Assembly (NCBI GenBank): GCA_054600435.1 | Contig: BAAIJX010000028.1 | Location: 62,001 to 126,000, forward strand | Source: Neophaeotheca triangularis | Taxonomy: Eukaryota | Length of the DNA: 64,000 nt | Reading direction: 5' to 3' | Shown here: positions 1 through 10,754 of the stretch, in pieces | Layout of the letters: each line of letters starts with the position of its first letter | Position numbering within the stretch: the stretch's first letter is position 1 | Translations under genes and position numbers: made by a program | The notes under the pieces: model-generated | Database searches by the model: none | What the model was told of the DNA's origin: nothing | Seen by the model: the letters and a program-made list of their open reading frames with translations, nothing else

Positions 1-1672
1 CGGGGGGCCGATGATCAAACAGCTTGTGTGGTTGTCTTTACGCCTGTAGCCCGCTGATACGGGTGAAGGATTCCCGTTCTATGCATAGCAATGTTGAGAT
101 GAGTGATATCAAGGCTACTGCCGTGGCGAAGTCTTGGAGAGTGACGCTGAAAGGCCGCGTTTGTCCGTAATGGTAGATTGTGTCTTCGGAAGTGAAGTGC
201 AAAAGGCGTCGAAGGACGGGAAAAGGAGTTGTCGGGAGGAATGTGTTTAAGCTCGCCAAGTGACCCAACGGCGCGCCCATCCCACGGGGTCGGTGCAAAC
301 TCTGGTTTCCCCTGAGCTGGAACATGTTCAAGATGCAAGACGGAGTTCGAGATGACGGTAGGCGACAAGACAAGTTCATGAACCGGCCGAATTTGACCGA
401 CTAGTTCGACCCATCGGCTCATGCACGCACTCTCTAGAGCATTAAAACCTTGCCGTGATGCGAGGTGAGTCGCGTATCGATTTTCCAGTGGCGATGTCGC
501 TGGGCGTAGTATGCTTTGCTTCGGATGCTAACAAGTACTTGCATGCAAGAATAGCTGCAATGTTGGCAGACTTCCACATCAGGATGTCACACGCTGACAG
601 CTTTGTGCTGGTCTGGTAAAGGGTCGCTAAGGACGAGTTGAAGTGGCAAGACCGAGAACGAGCAGTGCCGAGCGGCCGAGAGTGTTGTGCTGGATTCGTG
701 CTCCTACTGCCGACCGAGATTGCTGGCCGCCTGTTTGTTTCAGTCGACACCACCGAGTGAAGGTTGAAATAACGTTAAGTAGGTGGCGGGCTAGGGGTCG
801 GACATTCAAGCGGAGATCCCGCCTGTCGGTCTTAACTTAGCACCTGCAGAATAGTAGTACTATCTCGTCTCCTCCCGAACCTGTAGCGAGCATCACAAGA
901 CACCCAATCAATCCAATTAATGAATTCAGCGTTGCCTTCATTCAACAATGAAAATGTTTAATAATGCTATCCGGATACGCCCGGTGCGGAGACAGAGTGC
1001 GGAGAAAAAGTTGACCGAACGCGAGATCCAAAGTGTCTGCATGGCGCTAGTGAGTTGGCATGCATGAACATCTACTACAACTTTGCGGTGTATTCCAAGG
1101 TTCATGTGCGTTATCTGCGAGGTTTCGAATGTCCGAGAAGGTTGTCTGACAGGCCGCTCACGTGGCTATACAAGGTCGAGAGTACGCTCGCCAAGAATAG
1201 ATTGGGACTGAGAAAATGGACGTTCGAACCTCACTTTGGAATTGAAAAGCGAGGCCGGCCAAGTCCGTGTTGTAAGCCACGGGCATTTCCAGCTAGCCGT
1301 GATAGGTAGAGTATAGGAACAGAAGAAGATCAACGTCCCACGAATCTGGCCTTTGACGAATCGTGCCAGAAGACCAATACTTTGTGGGTCGACGAATCCG
1401 GAAAGGCGTCCACGTGGTGTCTATCACAGAGCTCGATTGACAATTCCCATGCGAGCGCGTAAGAGAAGCCGAATCTTTCAATATCGAGGAAGCTCAATGT
1501 AGAGAGAGCATGCGAGCAAGAATCTTGAAGCCGATCGTTTCAATGGCCGGAGTATCACAGATCACTGCACCAGCTAAAGCTGTCCGACCGGACATCACAG
1601 CATTCCAAATATGTACACATCGTTCATCAAATGACATAAAACCGGCGTTCTTTCTCCATCCCATACACTTCC

Positions 1673-3203
1673 CTAATACGACATGGCATCCTCAAACAAC
1701 CCTCTCAACTGCTCCCTCTCCTCCTGTCCTCCAGAGGCGTCAAGATTCGGCGCCAGCATCAAAACTCTTGCCTGAGGGATCGTTCCCTCGACAAGTTGAT
1801 CAATATGTCCCGAGTTGAACCCCAAGTCTTTCAATCCCCTCGGTTGATCGCCCAAATCCACCAAGAACTTCGCCAGAGCCTCTGCCAAAACCTCCCCAGC
1901 GCTTTCTTTCTTGACTTGGCTAATGTCTACGCCAAAGCACTCGGCTGCTGCTAGATGGCGCTCGGGGTTGCTTGCGCCTGTGAAGCGGAAAACTGCTGGA
2001 GCGCTCACGGCGACGGAGACACCGTGAGGTATGATGGGGGAACTGGTTTGGTAGCCGGCGTGTTTGTAGCCGGGATTCTGACCGGAGATGGGATAGCTCA
2101 TTCCATGGCAGAGATGAACGCCTGCGTTTCCGAAACCTACACCTGCCAATGTCGCGGCGAGTAGCATTTTGGATTGCGCTTCGAAATCGTCTGGATCTTT
2201 GGAGGCGCGTGGAAGGTACTTGACCGTATCGCGGAGAGCTTGAAGGGAGAAGATGTCAGAGATGGGGTTGGCACCTTGGTAGGCGGGTCGGTTGATGGGG
2301 TTGGTGGGGCGGGGAGTGCGTTCATGGTAGGGGATTGCTGTCCAAGATTCGAGGGCATGGCACAGCACGTCGAGACCCGAGGAAGCGTGGACGGCACTGG
2401 GCATAGTGCGAGTGTTGAGGGGGTCGCATATACCGAGAGTTGGCTTGAGGTTGCGGTGCGCAATACCAGTCTTTGCCTTCTTCTCGACCAGATCGAAAAT
2501 GGCTGTGCCGGTTGTTTCTGAGCCTGTACCTGCAGTCGTCGGGACGGCAATGAGAGGGTGCAGCTTCGCTGTTATGGGCAAACCTTTACCGAGAGGGGCG
2601 TTTACAAAGTCGAGGAAGTCGGCTTCAGGGAAGGTGTTGTAGAGGTTCATGAGCTTGGCCGTGTCTATGACGGAGCCACCTCCTACTGCCAGGAACGCAT
2701 CTGGTTGGTAAGGTTTGGCAAAGTCGATAGCTTCTCGGATGCTGGTACAAAGTCAGTATACCTCCTAGCAGTCATACACATGAGGACGTGTCGACTTACG
2801 AGCTGTCCTTTGGCTCAACCCTAACCTTGTCGTACACGGTGTAGTTGATGCCTTCTCTCTCCAATCCTTCCTGGACCTGCTTCATGGCATCCAGTTTCGT
2901 AACATTCGAGTCGGTCACAACCATGACCTTCTTCGATCCCATGTTCTTAAAATCCATGCCAACTTCTTTTGTGCATCCGGGTCCGAACCTGATGCTTGAA
3001 GCTGCCATTTCGAACGCATATTCCTTTTGTCTCGAGTGGTCTAGAGGTGTTGCGAGATTACGTTGGTGGCCGGCGAAAGGGTTGATGCTGTGGTGGTGAC
3101 CAGGATTCGAGTGGCATGGACATGTGCTGTGAGTGCTGTTGACGGTGCGAAGGAGGTTGAGAGCTTGTCTGGCTCGAGTTGGAGCTGCTTTGATAATGGC
3201 CAT
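1673..3203 (-). CDS. Mitochondrial hydroxyacid-oxoacid transhydrogenase (Fe-containing alcohol dehydrogenase family, ADHFE1-like); 2 exons, intron 2742-2799
   Basis: Motifs EYAFEMAASSIRFG, GGGSVIDTAK, PTTAGTGSETT and GNAGVHLCHGMSYPI. The GTAAG...CTGAC...CAG intron joins KDSS to IREAIDFAK in frame. The N-terminus is basic and presequence-like. Confidence 0.93.
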
Positions 3204-5031
3204 GGTTGCGGTTGTACTGACTTTTCAAGGTGGTATGCAACCTATTCAATCTGGTTTGAGTGGGTGTAGTGGTAGGTAAGAGGTTATTGTTGTAGACATG
3301 GCCGCCATTCTACAAGTCATCATCGCGTGTCGGTACCGCGGCTATGTGCATCGCCAATGTCACCCGGAAGAGGGGAGCTGTACAGTAGTAAGGTACTAGT
3401 AGCTTCGCGGAGGTTGGATTTCAGCCCCCATCTTGACTCCACAACGGCAATCGAGTTGCGTGGGGCAGCAGCCCGGTTGTCGGACGGCAAAGAGATTACA
3501 AGTCGTCGGCAATCACATTTCCGTTTCAAGATACACACGGTTCTTTGTTTTGTCCCGGGATCATGTCGCCACACATCTTCATTACTTGACATGATCCAAG
3601 GAGAGTCTTCCTTTGCTGCGATGAGGATAACATCGTTCGCAGAAGATCTAGGAGTGGTGGAGTTAAGAGCCCAAGAGTAGAGCAGGGTGTCGGCCGCTGG
3701 TTGGGAGAACCGCACCACTTGCACTTCGAGTAAAGAAAGAAGAAGCTATTACAGCTCGTCGAACGACAATATCCAGACCACGCCAAAGACACGCCAAAGA
3801 ATCGGGATGAGGATCTTGAGATATTGCTGCTAATTGACTCAAGTAATGCCCCCGATACGCCGTGGATGGTCTTGGATAGTCGAGCGGATCGATCTGATAC
3901 TGGAACATGGAAACCGATTTAAAAGCCGGAAATTGTAGCGTTATCCACATAGAGGCGTCAAGCCTCTGGCATCGCCTTTATAGACGAAAGGCTTGCGCTA
4001 GTCCAGGCTCATGGGATACTGAAGACGCTCCCATCCAAACTCTAGTCACAGCACTCCATGGCCGACTGGAATAGCTCCGCCAGGCCGTGTGACCCTGGCG
4101 TAGCCTTATGTTTGCGATATCGACAGTTCAGTCACCTAGCAAAGAGCTCAAAGGTAATTTGAATGGAGTCCTAACTAGCGTAGCTCTTGAACGATGGAGT
4201 CGAAAAGGTTCATAGGATAATAGATCTTGCGGAGGAGACATCCATCCCCTATTTGGACATATCTGCGCGTGCTGGCCAAGGTTCACGTAAGGATCCAAAG
4301 TCGTAATTCTGCTCCTTTATGCTGAGCTCCTCGGCGGATCCAACACAGCATCCGTTTCCCAACGGCCGATGTTCAGAGCTTTGCGGAAAGTCAGTCAAGA
4401 GAAATTGCAGTTCTGCGAGCACTTTTTCTTGCTGCTCTTGTCGCGCCAGAGGGCTATGCGGTCGATCTCAGCTTTATCATTTGTGCTTCCACCGGAAAGC
4501 AGTCAAGCATCAATGACCTCGCAGTGGGAGATAGTACGATGTATGCGTAAGGTGTGAAACCCCTGCGGAACGTCGCAATGCAGATGCAGATTGGTGCAGT
4601 CTGCTGAGCCAGTATTCCATGCTGAAACTGCAATTCAATATCGATTAGCCTTGAAGAGCAGATCAATCCTCCCACGCATTATAAAGCTGCTTTGCTGTTT
4701 GGATTTAATGGCACAGTAGCTAATCCTCCGTTCCAACGCTCCAACCCTGCCAAACCCGCGAGACACGGTAGAATAACTAGCATCGCTTCTCCAATATGGT
4801 ATATCATACTCTAAACGTGGTGCTTGCCGGGCGCCAGAATTGACAGACTGGGATAGAGTGTATCTGTAATTGGGTATCCAGCCAGTAGCAGCCAAACCCC
4901 CTGAAACTCAAGAGTCGTCGTCCGTACATATGCCATGAGATCGAACCGGTAGACTAGACTTCGGACCAATCTCAGCGGGACCCGCTGCAAGAAAATGCAG
5001 AAAATGGGCAAAAAGAATGAAGACTACACTG

Positions 5032-5125
5032 CTCTGATGCTGGGATTCGAACCCAGTGCCTGTCGGCGCCCCACTCTCCAATGAAGAGAAGTGAGAGCGA
5101 CAAATGTTGCAGTACCTCCATCACT
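5032..5125 (-). pseudogene. Atypical or degenerate tRNA-Glu(CTC)-like element with a 25-nt intron (5067-5091)
   Basis: Minus strand shows a perfect T arm CTGGG-TTCGAAT-CCCAG, anticodon stem TGTCG/CGACA around CT-CTC-A, an intron at the canonical 37/38 position and a T5 terminator at 5010-5014. Only 5 of 7 acceptor pairs form, and the D arm is short and lacks D-loop GG. Confidence 0.6.
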
Positions 5126-5437
5126 TTATTAGACTTTTCCTTATAGTAATACCGTGACTTCTAGTAGTACCCTACCTGAGAGGTCTAGTAATAATAAGCG
5201 AAGAACACTTCATGATCTTTGTAGCCCGCTGAATTGTGGCGTAAGGTGTCTTTCAAGCTAATGGTCGAAAGTCGGGGTGGTCATTCCGAAAGCTAGGTAG
5301 TCGAATAGTCATCTTCGGCTAGGCTGAATTTCGCCTTCAAAAAAATGGTACGCCTCTCAAGTAGAAGAAAGCACTCCATTGTAAGAAAAATTTGGGAAAG
5401 CTAGGGAAAAAAACTATTCACTCAAAGATATTGAATG

Positions 5438-5509
5438 CTCCGGTACTGGGAATCGAACCCAGGCCACCCCGGTGAGAGCGGGATATCCTAACCACTAGAC
5501 TATACCGGA
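5438..5509 (-). tRNA. tRNA-Glu, anticodon CTC, intronless
   Basis: Sequence TCCGGTA-TAGTCTAGTGGTTAGGATA-TCCCG-CTCTCAC-CGGGG-TGGC-CTGGG-TTCGATT-CCCAG-TACCGGA-G gives a full cloverleaf with A and B boxes. T7 terminator at 5407-5413. Confidence 0.95.
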
Positions 5510-6915
5510 TATTGTTGGAGTATGTTTTGAATTATCTTATATAATGTATAATAATCGCATTGCCTCTCTATGGCGCTCGGCGTTACAAGACCAATCACAG
5601 CAGGGTCCGACGGGGAGTCGAGCCCTATGCCGACTAGTCTTCTACTATCCTCTAAAGAGCCGATTAACAATGTTGTATACTGTATCAAAATATGAACAAG
5701 AACGAGCAGCCTCAGTCTCGTTGCACTGCAACAGTGTCAGCTCGCTAGGAACCGCCCGGTACACCACATCGGATAATCGATGGGGAGTATGCCCGCTATA
5801 CATATATATCGAATAATTTGCGAAGAAAGCACGATCGACTGATCCTGGAACGCGCCTCCAAGAGGAACAGAAGAGAACTATTTTTCCGCAGGGGATCCGC
5901 AACTCGCAGGAGTCACACCTGTCAAATTCCGAAACCCGTATGCCAAAATCTCACTCCCCGACGGCTTCCACCTCGGATCGTTGGCATTCGATGGCATCAA
6001 CATGGATCGATACAACAGGCCGCCCATTCGACGCGCGAGCATTGCTTCTACAATATTGTCATATTACCCCTGGATAAAAGGCTGATGTTTGAACACACAA
6101 AATTGCTGCAAACATGGTCCAGCCGGGATAAAGCGTCTGTGTGGGAGAATTTTGTTGCAGTGATTGGGCAAGGGTTCTCTGAATGGGATATACTGTTATT
6201 CTGATTGTTCAGGCAAATACGTAGAGACTCAGAGATATATCAACTCGTCTGGTAGCTCTTCACTCGGGCATATCCGTATTCCAGTGCACCATGTTATACT
6301 ACATACTTCTCTTGTTGCACTTACCTCCTACCTCCAAGCCGACGGAGAACAGAAGTGCAGCCTCGGAACGCCGAATCCACGACAAGTCCGAGATCAGCTC
6401 CCCTCGCTCAACAAAGTCTCTCAATTCGAAGATCCCAAATCCTCGAGCATGGTTCATGACCAGCGGCATGCCGTGGGAGAAGCAAGAAATTCAAAACACC
6501 ATTCCCAAATCAACTAAACCACTTCATGGAGGGTCAAGTGTCTCGTCTCCTTTCGAGAGGCCTCGATCGAATCAACCGCAGCTCTTTCGCATACCCTCTT
6601 GACACTGTTGCTAAACACATCAGACTCATGGCTATAGTATCGTCCTGAAGAATGCTGTACATTGTTGGTGGTATGTAAGCTTCCCTCTGCCCACCCAACC
6701 CAAAGTCACTCTTCAGTCTCCAAATGATCAAGTGAAACGTTATTCAATTCTCAGTGGAAAAGGGATGAAATTTGCAGCACCATCTTAGCAACGCCTTTTC
6801 TATCTAATCTAAGAGAACGCCCGCCCCCAAAGCACTTACCGTCACGTATCCCCAGGGTATACAAAACGCCATTCACGCCAATCCGCATCATCATCCATCA
6901 TTGTCCATCATAACT

Positions 6916-7804
6916 TCATGCATTCCCCTCAGCCACACCCTTGCTCTCTCCGGGCTCCTTACCCTTTCCCTTCTCACTGCCACCACCATCTTCATCGTAC
7001 AGATTGTGTTCCTCGATGTAGTTGACGACGGGCTCAGGGACGAGGTAGCGAATACTCATGTCGCGCCGGCGGAAAAGGCGAATCTTAGTCGAAGAGATGT
7101 CGTTCTGCACCAGCTGTTGAATCACGTAGATATTGTCCTTCCACTGCTGAAGAGTCGAGAGCGCTTCATCAATGTCCGTGCCAGTGCGCTGTTTCGTTAA
7201 AGAAAACGTCAGCAATCAATGAATGCCGCACGAATAATTGAACAGCCGATATTACCTCAACAATAAAAGCTCCAAAGTTCCTCAGAATATAATCAATATC
7301 CTTGGGCGCCCACACGTTCGGCGTGCTCATTGTCTGAATCAAATCCGCGCCCGCCAACAACGCAATCTTCGCCTTCTTCTTGCCCTGTGGTGTCTGAATC
7401 CCTCCCATCTTGTTGTTGATCTCGTCATCGAAATGGTCCAACACCTTGGCAGTCTCCAAATACTCCGAGTGCAGCGCCTCCCAAGCATCGACGCTGATCC
7501 AGGAGCTCGCGGAAACAGCCAGCGAACACATGTTCAGCCTGTGCGAGGCCTTGACTAGTCCGGTCTTCTTGTAGGCATCACCCACGCATGACAGGTAGGC
7601 GCCACAGACTTCGAACTGAGTGTTGAAGCGGGCGAAGTCGGCGGCCATTTCGAACATGCGGAGGTGGAGGAAGGTCAGAGGTGAGAAGGAGCCACAGGCT
7701 ATGAGGACGAGGGGTGTGCGATCGGGGGTGTAGATGCGGGTGCGTAGGCGTTCGGTGGGGAAGGTGTAGTCGTCCATAGTCATTGGGGTGTTTTCGGTAG
7801 ACAT
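6916..7804 (-). CDS. NMA1: Nicotinamide/nicotinate mononucleotide adenylyltransferase; intron 7189-7255; possible upstream GTG start at 8050
   Basis: Motifs ACGSFSPLTFLHLRMFEMAAD, LLAGADLI and ISSTKIR...SIRYLVP. The intron joins FIVE to RTG. Confidence 0.93.
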
Positions 7805-8581
7805 GGTTGGTGGAGGTGGAGGTGAGGGTTTGTTGAGTGGGAGAAGGTTGGTGAGGGTGACGGTCGGTGGTTTTGTTTGTCGGGAGGGGCTGCTCCCAAA
7901 GGCAACACGAGGCTGTCTAAGAGTGAATGTCGGTTGTTTAAGTGAGGTAGGTCGCAGGCTGTTAGTGAGACCAAGGCAGCTCCAGGCAAAAGGCGAGGCA
8001 CGTGCGACCGGCCTAGGCTGAAGGGTCCAGTGAGATAAAGGGTAGGCCACTGTGAATGGTCAAAGGCGCGATAGAGGTTGGCAAAGGTCGCAGGTAGAGG
8101 TTGAGGTGTCGAGGTTTGATGGTGAGTCGCACTACAATTTGTTCTCACGTAGCCCGAGCCTCGTTGCTTCTTCCCTCGTCCGAAACCGGTACTGACACGG
8201 CGATGCGAAGTGGGGCATGGGGGCTTGGGGGAAGACAGCCCTGGACTTCAAGAGGCGCACGGGCTATGTCATCAGATGTGCCAAGACTTGCCCGAGAAGG
8301 TGGTCTCTTTGTTCGAGTATGCGCAATACCTTGATAGCAATCGATCCTTGACTTTTTTAAAGGCCTGATAGAAGCCTATCAACGACCATTCTTCGCTTAC
8401 TCGTCAATTGCGACAATGTTGCAACGAAACCGACATCAAAAGCACTTTAGCCTCACAATCAGCTTGCCCCAGTACCTCCAGCTGTTGCGGGGTCCAACGT
8501 CATGGAAACATCTTTCCAGAGGCCCAAAGGAAACAACCACGCTTTCGATTCTTCCCTCCCAACCCCACCACATCCAAACCC

Positions 8582-9669
8582 ATGCTCGCGGCTCTTAGAC
8601 GGTCAACCGCAGTCTCCAATCAACTCCTCAAATCCCCAATCAAGGCCTACACAACCGCCACCATGACGGACACCAGCACTTACAAACTAAATCACTCCAT
8701 GCTTCGGGTCAAGAACCCAACCTCGACAATCAAATTCTTCGAGCACCTGGGCATGAGCCAGATCAACAAGCTGTCTTTCCCTGACAACAAATTTGACCTC
8801 TATTTCCTAGCCTACGACTCCCCTAAGGCCGTTAGCCACGGCAACCACTGGACAGACCGCGAAGGCCTCATCGAGCTCACCCACAACTATGGCACGGAAA
8901 ACGATCCAAACTTTCAAGTCGCCAACGGGAACAAGGAGCCAGGCAAGGGCTTCGGCCATGTTTGCGTCAGCGTCGACAATATCCAAGCGGCTTGCAAGAG
9001 ATTGAGCGACGCTGGGTACAAGTTTCAGAAACGGTTGGAAGATGGCCGCATGAGGAGCATTGCCTTTGCATTGACGCCAGAGGACGAGTACTGGGTGGAG
9101 ATTATCGCGCAGAACCCCGTCGACAAGACTGAGAACGTGACAGAGACCGACCTCAGCACTTACCGCATGAACCACGTAAGCTGCCAAAACCCCTGCCTTT
9201 ACGAAAACACCGACGTACTGACTCGACTTGACAGACCATGATCCGCGTAAAAGACATTGAAACCTCCCTCAAATTCTACCAAGAAACGATGGGCATGACC
9301 CTGATCCGTACTTCGGAAAACCCCTCGGCAGGCTTCAACCTCTACTTCCTCCGCTACGGGCCCAAGCCTTCGGACGGCTCCACCGCCCCTTTCGAAGGCA
9401 TCCTCGAACTCACCTACAACTACGGCACGGAAAAGCAAGAGGGCAAGGTTTATCACAACGGCAACGACGAACCGCAAGGATTCGGACACGTGGCGGTTGC
9501 CGTGGATGATTTGGAGAAGGCTTGCGAGAGGTTCGAGTCTAAAGGTGTGGATTGGAAGAAGAGGTTGACAGATGGGAGGATGAAGAATGTCGCTTTTGTG
9601 CTCGATCCGGATGGCTATTGGATTGAAGTTATTCAGAATGAGAGGTATAAGCAGGGTCAGAAGTATTAG
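8582..9669 (+). CDS. GLO1: Glyoxalase I (lactoylglutathione lyase), two-domain fungal type; intron 9176-9234; second in-frame ATG at 8663
   Basis: Duplicated motifs NH(S/T)MxRVK, ELT(H/Y)NYGTE, GFGH and YW(V/I)E. GTAAG...TACTGAC...CAG intron. Confidence 0.95.
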
Positions 9670-10754
9670 AGAGGGGGGAATGTTGAATAAGTGTATGAAT
9701 TCGGATGATGACCGCTCAAACGTGTTCAGCTTGCCGCTTGAAGCAGCTTTTAGGTACCAATTACTCTTGAAACCGCCTGGTTGTTGTTGTGGCCAAAGGT
9801 TGCTGACTTTCTGGTAGATACAATGCGACAGGAGTGGGACGATAGGTGGAATGAGAAGTTACTGCTGCGGGTGGCGTCGTTGGAATACAATCTTGAGCTC
9901 TGTTCTAGGAATACTGGTGTGGTCTCATTTGGACATTGAGCAGAAGACAAGAAGACGCTAAATATCGATCTCAATTGACTGCATTGGCTTCGGAGATGCT
10001 ATTGATTGATCATCCAGGTAGGTCTGCCTTATAACAGGTCAAACCATCACTTGTCGCCTTTTTATAGGACGGTACATTGCTACATTGCTGTCGGAGGTGC
10101 AAGAATGCGACAAACCAAACTCTGACCCTGAAACCGATGTTCCTGCCGCACGGACCCGCCAGGAATCGACCTCTCGCTTTCACGTCGACAAATACCTACC
10201 TAGCTAGATATGCACCGCGTGCTCGAAACCCTTGAAGCATCTCTCTTGGATGACCAGGTATTCAAGATGCCATTCAGATGAAACAAGGACCGAGCCGGCG
10301 ACTTTAGCATGCGCCGTCAAGGGGGCGGCGGGGTGCAGCAATGCAGCCTTCCATCAGCATCGCGACTATGTCGACACGTCCGGACAACAGGCATCGCAGA
10401 ACGCACTACTCGAATAGCACGCTAACAGCCTGGCAACACGCGGATACATGCATCTTTCCTCGCTGCAACATAAGACCGCTGCGTTGGTTCGGGTCGCAAG
10501 CCACCTGCACAAAGGGGCGGCAAAAGGTACGTGTCACCCATGCAGGTCTCTGTTCGAGCTGTGTCGAGCTGTTTCCAGCACGATCGAGCAAACGGTGTCG
10601 ACCGCGGTCAGTAGGTGAGGTGTTTCCAAGCCACCTACAACGCGTTTTGCTGCCTCGTAAAGATCCCTCCTTTCTTTTGCTGCCTTGATTTCCTCGTCTT
10701 TCAACGCTCCATCTCTCTCTTCCAACCGCCCTTCCGCAAACAATACCCTGCCGA

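Noticed and set aside
15..1481. Short ORFs at the window start
   Set aside because: No motifs or codon bias; more likely promoter/UTR of a gene outside the window.
3320..6731. Many 60-135 aa ORFs around the tRNA genes
   Set aside because: Overlapping, mostly non-ATG starts and no recognisable domains.
8408..8581. Longer TTG-initiated starts in the ORF track for GLO1 (also RBR1 at 31529)
   Set aside because: Poor initiation context and no targeting-like composition; the downstream ATGs match the family or paralog starts.
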